Source of the DNA: Squalus acanthias
Lineage: Eukaryota
Assembly: GCA_030390025.1 (NCBI GenBank)
Contig: CM059432.1
Span: 71,178,001 to 71,242,000 of the forward strand
Length of the DNA: 64,000 bases
Direction: 5' to 3'
Shown here: positions 12,690 to 24,108 of the stretch, one piece after another
Layout: every line of letters starts with the position of its first letter
Numbering within the stretch: the first letter of the stretch is position 1
Translations under genes and position numbers: made by a program
Notes under the pieces: generated by a model
The model's database searches: none
Told to the model about the DNA's origin: nothing
The model's input: only the letters and a program-made list of their open reading frames with translations

Positions 12690-13781
12690 CAAAAGTTCTG
12701 GGCCCTGACAACATCCTGGCTATCGTGCTGAAGACTTGTGCTCCAGAAATAGCTGCGCCTCGAGCCAAGCTGGTCCAGTACAGCTACAACACTGGCATTT
12801 ATCAGACAATGTGGATACTGCCCAGGTATGTCCTGTCAACAAAAAGCAGGACAAATCCAATCCGGCCAATTACCGCCCTATCAGTCTACTCTCAATTATC
12901 AGCAAAGTGATGGAAGGTGTCATCGACAGTGCTATCAAGCGGCACTTACTCACCAATAACCTGCTCATTGATGCCCAGTTTGGGTTCCGCCAAGACCACT
13001 CAGCTCCCGACCTCATTCCAGCCTTGGTCCAAACATGGACAAAAGAGCTGAATTCCAGAGGTGAGGTGAGAGTGACTGCCTTAGACATCAAGGCAGCATT
13101 TGACCGAGTGTGGCATCAAGGAGCCCTAGTAAAACTGAAGTCAATGGGAATCGGGGGGAAAACTCTCCACTGGCTGGAGTCACACCTAGCACAAAGGAAA
13201 ATGGCTGTGGTGGTTGAAGGTCAATCATCACAGCCCCAGGACATCGCTGCAGGAGTTCCTCAGGGCAGTGTCCTTGGCCCAACCATCTTCAGCTGCTTCA
13301 TCAATGACCTTCCCTACAACATAAGGTCAGAAATGGAGATGTTCGCTGATGACTGCACAGTGTTCAGTGCCATTCACAACTCCTCAGATAATGAAGCAGT
13401 CTATTCCCGCATGCAACAAGACCTGAACGACGTTCAGACTTGAGCTGATAAGTGGTAGGTAACATTCACGCCACACAAGTGCCAGGCAATGACTATCTCC
13501 AACAAGCGAGAGTCTAACCACTGCCCCTTGACATTCAATGGCATTACCATCGCCAAATCCCCCACCATCAACATCCTGGGGGTCACCATTGACCAGAAAC
13601 TTAACTGGACCAGCCACAGAAATACGGTGGCAACAAGAATAGGTCAGAGGCTGGGTATTCTGCGGCGAGTGTCTCACCTCCTGACTCCCCAAAGCCTTTC
13701 CACCATCTACAAGGCACAAGTCAGGAGTGTGATGGAAATCTCTCCACTTGCCTGGATGAGTGCAGCTCCAACAACACTCAA
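12690..13781 (+). mobile_element. LINE family B reverse transcriptase fragment, truncated by a Harbinger end at 13782
   Basis: NPANYRPISLLS, QFGFR, LDIKAAFDRVWH, GVPQGSVLGP, FADD. Confidence 0.93.
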
Positions 13782-15820
13782 GGGCCTAAAAATTCGGTTG
13801 CTTTGCTAACGGGGCACAAAGCAACTAGCTCCTGGGCGCGGCGCCGCCAACGCCTCCAGCGAAATTCAGCGGGAGGTTAGCGGCAGCGGTAACCGTTAGC
13901 GCCCCGCGGCACTGTGCCGCTGGTGATGATGTCATTGCCATGCGCAGCGCTCTGCTTGTGCTCCGGCCGCGAACTTCGGTAGCGCCCCCTGACTTACTGC
14001 TGGACGCTATGTCCAACAGGGTCAGGGGGACCTACCTGCGGCCGGGGCGGCACTATTTAAAGGCGAGGTGCTGGCCAGCCATTTTTGTTTCCGGCCGCCT
14101 GCCAGCACCTGCCTCCGCTCCCGTCCCCGGCCTCCTGAACGCCCCCCCCCCCCGCCCCGCGGAGTGCCGGCTGCGCTCCGTGAGCCCGGCACTTCTCTTG
14201 AGTGCCGGGCTCTTTTGCTTGCACTCCAATCCCTGGTGTCCCAGCTGGGCCCTGAGTCGTGCTGTGCAAGGCCCCTCCCCTTTAAGAAGGGGAGGAAGGC
14301 CTGCAGTGCCGCGGCATGTAGCGCCTTGTTTGTGTGAGCAACCAATTCTACCTCCTTTCCTATGGACTTTGCACATCAATGTGAAAGAACTGGCCATTTT
14401 TACAGAGTGATAGGATTTCCCCAGGAACAAGGTGCCATCGAAGAGACCCAAATTACCATACAGTTCCCTTTCAAGAACGCTATTAACTTTCTCAACATGA
14501 AAGGGTTTAATTCCATCAATGTGCAGCTGGTGTGTGGTGCAAAACACCTCATTCATCATGAATGTATACTATCCGTGGAACTACCACGATAACCTTTGTT
14601 TTAAGACAATTCCACTGCTATTGACAGGTCAAAGGAAAATATTTAGATGAATGATCAGTGATGAAAGCTACTTTATGTAACAGTGGCTGATGACATTGAT
14701 TTGGATCTCGAACAATACCAATACAATGAGGCTTATGATGCTAACAGGATTGCCATTGAGCGGGCTATAGGGATTCTGAAGGCACACCTCAGGTGCTTGC
14801 ATAGATCTGGGGAACTCTCCAGTACAGAGGGTCTCTCGCATCATTGTCATCTGCAATATGCTGCCCGAGTTTGCCATCTGGAAAGGATTGCTGATTAATA
14901 TCCCAAAGGATTAAAATGAAGGTGACCAAGGCCAGCAGGGTCATCAGGCAGCCATGGTCTTGATTGAAGAAGGGCATGTGTAGGAAGATCTTTTTGCCAG
15001 CTGCTAACCAGCTGCAGGCAGAGCTTGAAAGGGATACCTTTAGTTAAGTCAGATCTGATCCCCACTGCAAAATCAGTTCTAACATCATGGCACCCTATTT
15101 GCCATCTTATGAAATGCAATCTAGGCATCAGTAAGTATTACTTAATGATGGTGAGAATAGGTGCAGGAAATGAACAAATATATGTGCGAGTCTTTCACTG
15201 TCTCCCTAAATGAGACTGTGAGTGAAGGAATATTTACAGGAGAAGGATGGAGGTGTGAAGGGTTACGTGCTACTTTGTAGACATCATAGACATTGCATTG
15301 GTTCAAGTTGTACCTGCCTCCTCCTACCTTAGCTACACTGGCAAGATCATTAAGCTTCTTATGGCATTGACTAATTGAATGGGGGTCCTGGGAGGTGGTA
15401 CTCACTGCCAAGACCATCTCTTTCCACTGGGCTTGGACTATTCTCTTTATGGACCTCTTTCCCTCAGAGCTAAAAAATCTGCACCCTCCTTTGGCCGATT
15501 TCAGACAATAGCACATTAACTGAAGAATCAGAAAATTTGTGGGCTTCATATCCTGCAGAATCATCAGCCTGAGACATTGTAGAGGCAACAATTGTTCCAG
15601 TCAGTAAATGACATCTAGACCTTTTAAGCTGCTGCAACCATTTAAATACTGCTGCAGCACTAAATTTCACTCTCCACCCCTGAAGGAACCTACCCATAAT
15701 ATTGAAAAAAGGTTGACCAAGGAAAATTCAACAGAGTCACGGTGTGGCCACATGCGTGGTTGGAAGTGCAGTCGGAGTACATTTCCAGCAGTTAACCCAC
15801 CCTGAGGAAAATCTGACCTA
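13782..15820. mobile_element. Composite or decayed Harbinger sequence (GC-rich left end, old transposase remnant ~14330-14900 +, Myb exon 1 remnant ~15330-15560 -)
   Basis: gggcctaaaaatt terminus with TTAGCG motifs and tatttaaagg. GFPQEQGAIEETQI..NMKGFNSINVQLVC and IERAIGILK. Minus-strand QCHKKLNDLASVAK. Confidence 0.75.
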
Positions 15821-16444
15821 AAATGCTTTAAAAATATTTTAAGTTATGTTTTAAGTATTTCTGTTTGTAATTTATGATCAATATTACAATAATAAAACTA
15901 CTTCTAACATTTGAGTAGCTTTATTACTGTGATATTAATGGTTGTTTCAGCACTACGGTGTGAGAGCTAAAGGCTTCATATTTGACAAGCCTAGGGAATC
16001 AGTCATTATCCTTGACCTGCCAGCAATCTAAGGGTTCATATTTTCAGCACACTAAATGCATAGTAGTTGATTCCACATGAACATATTAAATTAGCGTAAA
16101 TGTGCAAATTGCTTTGCACTTACCTTTTTGTTGAAAAAAGCATGAAGAGCCTCCATAAAATACACATCAAAACAAATAACAGAACACTCTTGGTTGTTCA
16201 TGTGCTTTCACCAAGTTGTCCAGTAATACGCATCTCTGTTGTGTTAAGAGATCCCCAAATTTCTTAACTTAAACTGGAAATTTAAAAAAATTGCAATGCT
16301 GCAGAATTTATACCTTGTATCATTCTACTATGCCTCCAATTCCCCCTCCCAAAAACAGGATTCTACCTCCACCCAAGCCACCTGACGACCCCCAGTGAGA
16401 ATATTCAGACTGTTATTAGGATCAAGTAAATGCCTGAATAAATT

Positions 16445-16952
16445 TGTGCCTGAAATTTCTGAGGGGGTTCTTCCAGTCTCTCACCATAACTTCGGCGGAG
16501 GATCAGTATAAAGCCCAGAGAAATTGTTGATACCATTTACCATAGTATGATACAGCACAGAAGGAGGCCATTTGGCCCATCGTGCCTGTGCCAGCTCTTT
16601 GGTAGAGCTATCCAGTTAGTCCCACTCCCCTGCTCTTTCACCATAGTCCTGTAAATTATTTCTCTTCAAGTATTTATCCAATTCCCTTTTGAAAGTTACT
16701 ATTGAATCTGCTTCCACCATCCTTTCAGGCAGTGCATTCTAGATCATGACAACTCGATGCATAATTTTTTTTTCTCTTATCGCCTCTGGTTCTTTTGGCA
16801 ATCATCTTAAATCTGTGTCTTCTGGTTTCCGACCCTCCTGTCAGTGGAAATAGTTTTTCCTTATTTACTCTATCAAAACTTTTTCTGGGCTTTCCGCTGA
16901 TCTTCCACCGAAGTTATGGCAGGAGATTGGGAAACTCCTGTGAAAATTCCAG
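16445..16952. mobile_element. Fold-back (palindromic) MITE interrupted at its centre by a CR1 3' fragment (~16540-16875, -)
   Basis: ccataacttcggcggaggatcagtataaagcccagagaa (~16483-16521) is the imperfect reverse complement of ttttctgggctttccgctgatcttccaccgaagttatgg (~16881-16919). CR1 tail lies between. Confidence 0.7.
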
Positions 16953-17007
16953 TGCTTGATGCTTCCCAGTAATTGTTGCTTAACAAACATTTAACATGCA
17001 AAAGCAT

Positions 17008-17562
17008 GGGCTCAGATTTTTAACCGAGCCAGTTTTGGGCGGGTGGGCAACGGTTTGAGTTAGAAACCGCCAGGCGGGAAGTCAGCGGGAAGCAGCAGAA
17101 TATCGCGCAGGCCACCAAGACTAGGTAAGTGGCAGAATTGGCTGCCGGGGCTATCCCGCGGGGGTCGCCAAATCGGGAAGGGGGCCTCAAGTCCACGGCT
17201 GGGGAGCCCTAAACACTCCTTGTGGGGCTTGGAGGAGCGCTCCTAATCCTGGCCTCACAATTAAAGCAAATAAAAGTTTAATAACTTACCTTTTTAGGCT
17301 TCTTCTCACTCCAATCCTCTTCCTCGCTGAGTTAACCTGGCGGGAAGCTGACTGCAGTTTCCCGTTCAGGCCGCTGAGTTACAATTGCAGTCGGGCCATC
17401 GGGACCCGAAATGCACATGTCAAAATGAACCTTGTCCGAATTTGGGTGGACGTCCCAGCCTCCTGCTCAGGTAAAAATCCGTCCGGCAGCTCCAGGGCAG
17501 GTACATAATCCGGGCGATTTTAACTGCCCATCCGTCTGCTTCTGCCGGGTTAAAATCACCCC
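17008..17562. mobile_element. Harbinger-type MITE
   Basis: gggctcagatttttaacc ... ggttaaaatcacccc, flanked by CAT/CAT; no coding capacity. Confidence 0.7.
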
Positions 17563-18274
17563 CATTGTTAAATCTGATCAGTGTGTTCCATCTGCTTACT
17601 CCCAATAGGAAAAGCAGTGCCCACTCTTACTAGCTTTAATGCTCAGTGCAATTAAACTGCTTAGAGTTAACACTACCTTAGTAGTGGAAGTGGAATCAGA
17701 GGTAGAAGCTTGAGAGGAATATTTAACAAAGCACACTTAAAATATTTTGGCCGGAATGTTAACAGAAAAGTGTGATTGGGTTTGGGAGCAGGTGGAAGGT
17801 TAACTGCGCTGAAATTGACAGCGCGTCGGGAAGCCAGCTTCAACCCGCCGTCTTCCACACTTAACTCGAGCGCATTCAACGGCAAACGAGAAACCACTCG
17901 GGAGAGGCGGATTAGCAACTTAAAGCAATTTAGAGCGAGTTAAGAGGCTATTAAGAGCCTTTTTTACCGAGGGTTTCAGGTTTTACTGTGTGTGCACGGG
18001 ATTCCTGGGCTTCCTGGACCTTGCCAGTGAAAGCAAGGTGAGAGCACCGCAGCAATCGAGGGGGCTGAATAAATGACAGGCAAAAAATCCGATAAGTACT
18101 GAGACCTCACACCTGCTTCCTTGCCTATGGGAAAGGCTTTTGTAACACCACTTGTTCTGACAGTTTGCTTTCAGTACTTTACAGGTGATTTCTACAACTT
18201 TGGAGGTCACTCTCACTACATTGGAGGATTGTGCGTCTGATCTCCACTTTACATCTGCCATATATCAGATCAGC

Positions 18275-20323
18275 ATGGGTGCCGCTTATGCTGTTTCACC
18301 TTGGATCTCAGATGAGGACCTAGATGAACCCCAGCAGTAACACCACCAGCAGGAGCAGCAGGAGCAACAGCAGCCTTCTCACCGACTTGCCGCTCCACAG
18401 GAAAGAGGGGATGAGCACAGGGGTGCACCTCGCAGGAGGCAATACCCCCAACACAGTGTATATAGGCAGAGGATCAGCTTCCTGGATGTGACTGAACAGC
18501 AGTGCCTCAGGAGGCTCAGGCTATCGCATAAGGTCATGGCAGACATTTGTAGCCTGCTGGAAGAAGACCTACTGCCAAATGGACCTGGTGGATACGCATT
18601 ACCAGTGGTTGTCAAAGTGACCACCGCCCTCAACTTCTTCGCCTCATACTCTTTCCAGGGATCTGTAGGAGATATTTGCACAATTTCGCAGTCGGCTCAG
18701 GTGACCAATGCCATGTTTGCCAAGGCAGGCAGTTTTGTACACTTTGCCACCGATGAAGCTAATCAGAATGAGCAGGCACCAAGGTTTGTGGCTCTGGCTG
18801 ACTTCCCACAGGTGCAGGGCATCATCAACTGCACACATGTGGCAATCAAGGCACCCCCCAATCACTCAAGTGTGTTTGTGAACAGTAAGGACTTCCAATT
18901 CATCAACGTGCAGCTCGTCTGCAACCACAAAAGATCATCATGCAGGTGTGTGCCAGATTCCCAGGGAGCTGTCATGATTCATTCGTCCTGTGCCAGTCCA
19001 CCCTCCCTCAGCTCTCTGCACCTTCGACCAGACTTACCAAAAGAACATAAGAACATAAGAAATAGGAGCAGGAGTAGGCCATTCAGCCCCTCGAGCCTGC
19101 TCTACCATTCAATAAGATCATGGCTGATCTGATCTTGGCCTCAACTCCACTTTCCTGCCTATTCCCCATAACCCTTGACTCCCCTGTTGCTCAAATATCT
19201 GTCTATCTCAGCCTTGAATATATTCACTGACTCAGCCTCCACAGCTCTCTGGGGTAGAAAATTCCAAAGATTCACGACTCTCTGAGAGAAGAAATTCCTC
19301 CGCATCTCCGTCTTAAATGGGCGACCCCTTATTCTGAAACTATGCCCTCTAGTTCTAGATTCCCCCACGAGGGGAAACATCCTCTCTGCATCTACCCTGT
19401 CAAGTCCCCTCAGAATCTTACACGTTTCAATAAAATCACCTCTCATTCTTCTAAACTCCAATGAGTATAGGCTCAACCTGCTCAACCTTTCTTCATAAGA
19501 CAACCCTTTCATCTCAGAAATCAACCTTGTGAACCTTCGCTGAACACCCTCCAAGGCAAGTATATCCCTCTTTAAATAAGGAGACCAAAACTCTACGCAG
19601 TACTCCAGGTGCGGTCTCACCAACGCCCTGTACAGTTGTAGCAAGACTTCCCTACTTTTATACTCCATCCTCCTTGCAATAAAGGCCAACATTCCATTTG
19701 CCTTCCTAATTACTTGCTGTACCTGCATGCTAACTTTTTGTGTTTCATGTACGAGGACACCAGATCCTTCTGTACCGCAGCATTTTGTAGTCTCTCTCCA
19801 TTTAAATAATATTTTGCTTTTCTATTCTTCCTACCAAAGTGAATAACCTCACATTTTCCCACATTATACTCCATCTGCCAAATTTTTGCCCACTCACTTA
19901 ACGTATCTATATTCCAGCTGGCTGCTTGGAGACAAGGGGTATCTACTGAAGAGATGGCTGATGGCACCCTTGAGGAGGCCAAGCAATGAGGTCGAAGAGC
20001 TCTACAATCAAAGCCAAATGACAACGAGATGTGTAATAGAGCAAGCAACCGGGATGCTGAAGATGCGCTTCAGTTGCCTGGACAGATATGGAAGAGCCCC
20101 TCAAAACGCACCAGCCAGGGTCTCCAGAATGATCGTAGTATGTTGTGCTCTGCACAACTTAGCGCAACAGTGAGGGTTGGAGCTGCTGGAAGAACAAGGC
20201 GCAGAGGAGGAGGAGGAACAGGAGGAGGAAGAGGAGGAACTTGATGTGGACATGGCACCAGCAGCAGTGCACATTGCTGCCTGGGATGCCCGGGGTGGCC
20301 TCATAATGGCACGATTTAGTTAG
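18275..20323 (+). pseudogene. Harbinger DDE transposase pseudogene split by a CR1 insertion
   Basis: [50 protein letters not shown]; in-frame stops and frameshifts. Confidence 0.9.
19040..19912 (-). mobile_element. 5'-truncated CR1 inserted into the Harbinger transposase
   Basis: ORF 19159-19728 is the CR1 RT C-terminus, followed by the AAGAACAT tail. Transposase resumes at ...cca|gctggctgcttggagac. Confidence 0.95.
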
Positions 20324-23039
20324 GTTGCACCACTGCACCCATCTGGCACTCAGATGCTGAACCCACTTCCCCCCCTCAAACACAAAGCAGTCCTACAATG
20401 ACCAAACTATTCCTTTCACAGACACCCATTGCTTGCAGTTAAGTCATGTCTTACCATTCATTACAAGTGACAAGTGACATTCATGTGGAAATGACTTATG
20501 AAATAATACTGGGCGGCCTGCTGGTGGCACTGTCCAGGGAGAGTATAAATACTCAGGCATGGGCCCAGCTTGCTCAAGACATTCTTTGACAGGAACTAGT
20601 GAAGGGCACAACTAGATCTCCATGTTGAAAAACAGTTGATTAAAGCTTTGTTTAATGCTTAGACCAAGTGCCTAGTAGTTTTCTTACGTCAAGGCCACTT
20701 GCCAGGCAGCAGGAAAAATGGGCAAGACGGGAAAGTGGTGCAAAGAAATAATGTTATTTGCCTCCCAATTTCGACATAACCTTCACAGTGTAACATTGCC
20801 TAACACAACTATGTGCATACTCTTGTGCATCTAGAATTCTTTCATCTTCCTCTTCCTACCACTTCTACGTCGTGCACCCCCTGTGGCTTCAGCAGAGGTA
20901 GAGGCAGGCTGCTCACTGCCCTGCTCTGACTGTTGAGATGCTCTTGGCCGATGTCCTCTGAGTTTTGGAGCCTGCGAGGGCCTCACAAAGACTGCTCCTC
21001 CTGCACCTGTGCAGGGTCAGACTCGGCCATCGGGAGACAAGGCAGCATGTGGGGTACTGACTGGAGGGGAGGGGCAGTTGAAGAAAAGTGGAAGTGCTTT
21101 GAGCAGAGTCCCCACTTCTATGACCCCTTTCACCATCATCCCTCTCACAGCCCACCCGCACTTCCCTGCTAGCAATGAGTTGGAGAGCACACTGCTGTAC
21201 ATCAGTGGGACGATGAACGTCTAAGTCTAGTTTTTTATCCATCCTTGTTAAGGTGGCATTCAGAGTGTGCAAGCTGTTGGTGAGGGCAAGCACGCACTCG
21301 TTTGAATGCCGCGTTTGATGCGCCATGCAGGTGGCCATCCTTTCCATGGATTAATACATCATAGCCATGGCCTGTGACATCATGCCAGTCATGCTTGAGA
21401 TGGACTCCTCCATTCTTGCTGCAAGTGAGCACATCGCGGCTGGAAATCCTGCCAGAGCCTCACGCATTTTTTGTTGCTCCTCCAGAATCATCCCCTTATC
21501 AATGGCCCCCGAGGTTCAGCATCTGCGTCCAGCTGAGCAGAGCTTGGAGCGTCTTGCACTTTCCAACAAGGACTCTCCACTGCTGTCCCTGTCTGCACCA
21601 TCTTCTCTTGTGCACATTTGATCTGTGAGACACCAGGTGCCAACAATAGTATCTGACTTAATGGTCCCACCGACGTGTGCGTATTTGTGCTGGTGCTTGG
21701 TGTGCACCCGTCCTGTGATGGTGCACCCTCAGAGTTAGCGATCTCCTCTGAGGAGTCCCCTTCCTTCTGTGGCTCCACTGGCTGTTGGACACTTGAGGGG
21801 CCTGTGGGAGAGTAAAGACATGAATTAGAACTGTCATGGTAAGAATATTTTAAGTGAACATTATGCACATGATCATATTTCACAGGCTGCTGACATCAAG
21901 TCAACATGAGTGACTGCTGTATGCCATGTGGCTGTGTGATATTTAACTATGTCACCAGGTAGCTGGGAGCTCCCCGTCTCTCCATCTCCCACCGCCATCA
22001 ATGCTGATACTCCTGTTATCTTCAGTGCCTCCTCCTCTGCAGCAGCCAGTGTTGCTATGAGTGGAGGGCCACCCCCAGTTCTCTGCCTCTCCCGGGTGTT
22101 CTATGCTGTCTTCTCCTGCAAGGAGGGAAACAAGAGACCTTTGAGTGACAGTCATGGAATGAGAGCATTGGATGGATGGGCAACATCTGTAGATGGTGAC
22201 TATGAGGGAGAGGCTTTACATTGCATTAAGATGAGGGTGAGTGTCAGTGGTGGATGGTCAGATGGGGATGTGAGGAAGTGCATAGACAGAGAGGGATGGG
22301 TGCTCTTGCAAGGTACGTTGGTGTGAGGAGTGATGTGCAGGAGCAGGCTAGGAAGGGCAGAGTGAGGGGGGTTGAAGTGACACGCACATCAGGATGTAGT
22401 TGAATGTGGCATTGTTCTCACTTTTCCTGACCTCATGAGGTCATTAAATCTCTTCCTGCATTGAATTCAGGACCTCACCAACACACTCCTGCTGCTCACC
22501 TCCACTGCAATCTCCAGCCATGCCTTCTTGGCCTCTGAGGCTGGCTTCTTCCTCCTGTCAGCAGGGAATACCACCTCCCTGCGGGCCCTAACTCCATGCA
22601 GCAGGAGTTCCAGGCAGGCGTCACTGAATTGAGAGGCAGCTTTCGTAAGTTGAAACTGTATTTTTTGTTCAGCAACCAAAGCAAGGTCTCTCCACCTCCA
22701 CCAACCTTCAACTGTCATCTTTGCAGTGCTCCTTTAAATACCTGAGCTGAATTGGACCGATGTGTGATGTCACCAAGCCCGCTCGTGTTAATTGGTCGAG
22801 AAACTCGGAAGTCAGATGTAAATGCTGTGGCTTTGTTAAAAAGCTGCTGCCAAACGCGCCGTTGGAACTTGCGGGTTCCCCCCGCCATCCAGGTATCCCC
22901 TGTCGGCAGGTAAAATTTACGGCCTTTATTTTTATTATGTATACACTTGCTATAAAAATTCTAAAATCATTGTGACATTTTTGTGACAAAAATTCTATAA
23001 AACTATCTTATATTATTTTTATCATGGTGTGATGACATT

Positions 23040-23295
23040 TCCCCAGGGATCTGTATTGGGGCCTCAGCATTTCACCATATATTTTCACCATGGATGAAGG
23101 ATGAAGTTGTATATCCAAGTTTGCAGATGACACTAAGTTAGGAGGCATCATAAGTTGTGTGGATGAGAGTAGGAAATTTCAAAAGGACATGGACAGTCTA
23201 AGTGAGTGGGCAAAACTATGGCAGATGGAGTTCAATATGGGGAAATATGAGATCATCCATTTTGGATCTGACAAAGACAAATTGGAATATTTTCT
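23040..23295 (+). mobile_element. Decayed internal CR1 RT fragment
   Basis: PQGSVLGP..., SKFADDTKLGG, LSEWAKLWQMEFN. Confidence 0.8.
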
Positions 23296-23848
23296 CAGGA
23301 ACAATTCTGAACAGCTTAGAAAGGTTAAGGTATAATAAAAAATGCATCAGAGCATCTATTGAGCATTTTAACACTCCAAAAGACTTCAGAATCCTCTACT
23401 ACTATTTCCACCTGCTGTCAAGCTTCTTCTATAGAGGCGCTGATTTTTGAGCCAGGCCACATGCATTGAGAGAAAGAAATCTAATGTGACCACCATTACC
23501 TAATTTAAATCCAATGCCAAGTGGCGGGTGAGCCTGCAGCAGGCATTGTGGGCTATTCACAATCTGGGCAGAGGAACATTGCAATTAGTAATACGATTTT
23601 ACAGGGAGGGAATTCGTGCCAGGCCTTCTCATCCATTTTCCTCCACCATCCACATTGAATCTGCTGCAAAATAGGCAGCACACAGGCAGAAAATCTCGGT
23701 CAATGTTACAGTTCACCTGTCTTCCTCCTTTTCACCAGTTCAGGTTAATTGAATTTGTGCCTTTCCTCCATTTTGCCTCCTTTAGCACCACATGCATGTC
23801 ATGTCATGCATTAGCGTTATAAAAAAAAACTAATTTTGATTCTTTGAG

Positions 23849-24057
23849 AAGTCGCACAACACCAGGTTATAGTCCAACAGTTTAATTTGAAATCACAAGC
23901 TTTCAGAGCGCTGCTCCTTCGTCAGGTGAAGTTCACCTGACGAAGGAGCAGCGCTCGGAAAGCTTGTGATTTCAAATAAAACTGTTGGACTATAACCTGG
24001 TGTTGTGCGACTTCCCACATTTGTCCACCCCAGTCAAACACCGGCATCTCCACATCA
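23849..24057. mobile_element. Penelope-like element terminal fragment arranged as an inverted repeat, with 13-bp TSD
   Basis: 83-bp arms 23848-23930 and 23932-24014. TSD ttgattctttgag at 23836-23848 and 24058-24070. Confidence 0.88.
23933..23969 (+). ncRNA. Minimal type I hammerhead ribozyme motif (PLE-associated); mirror copy on - at ~23893-23929
   Basis: tcac-CTGACGA-aggagcagcgctcg-GAAA-gc-TT-gtga: core boxes, stem I tcac/gtga, stem II gagc/gctc, palindromic vestigial stem III. Confidence 0.7.
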
Positions 24058-24108
24058 TTGATTCTTTGAGGCAGCAGATTTTAATCATTTGAATTGATTT
24101 CAGATTAA

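Larger units (their letters stand above)
17749..22924. mobile_element. Full-span but inactivated Harbinger transposon (transposase +, three-exon Myb-like gene -), interrupted by a CR1
   Basis: Imperfect TIRs ggccggaatgttaac / gtaaaatttacggcc with TTT/TTT TSD. Transposase remnant 18275-20323; Myb remnants ~20850-22660 (FSDACLELLL..WLEIAVEVSSRS). Confidence 0.88.

Noticed and set aside
13940..14410. CpG-island promoter or GC-rich host gene
   Set aside because: Sequence resembles the Harbinger left ends at 46127 and elsewhere; ORFs are low-information.
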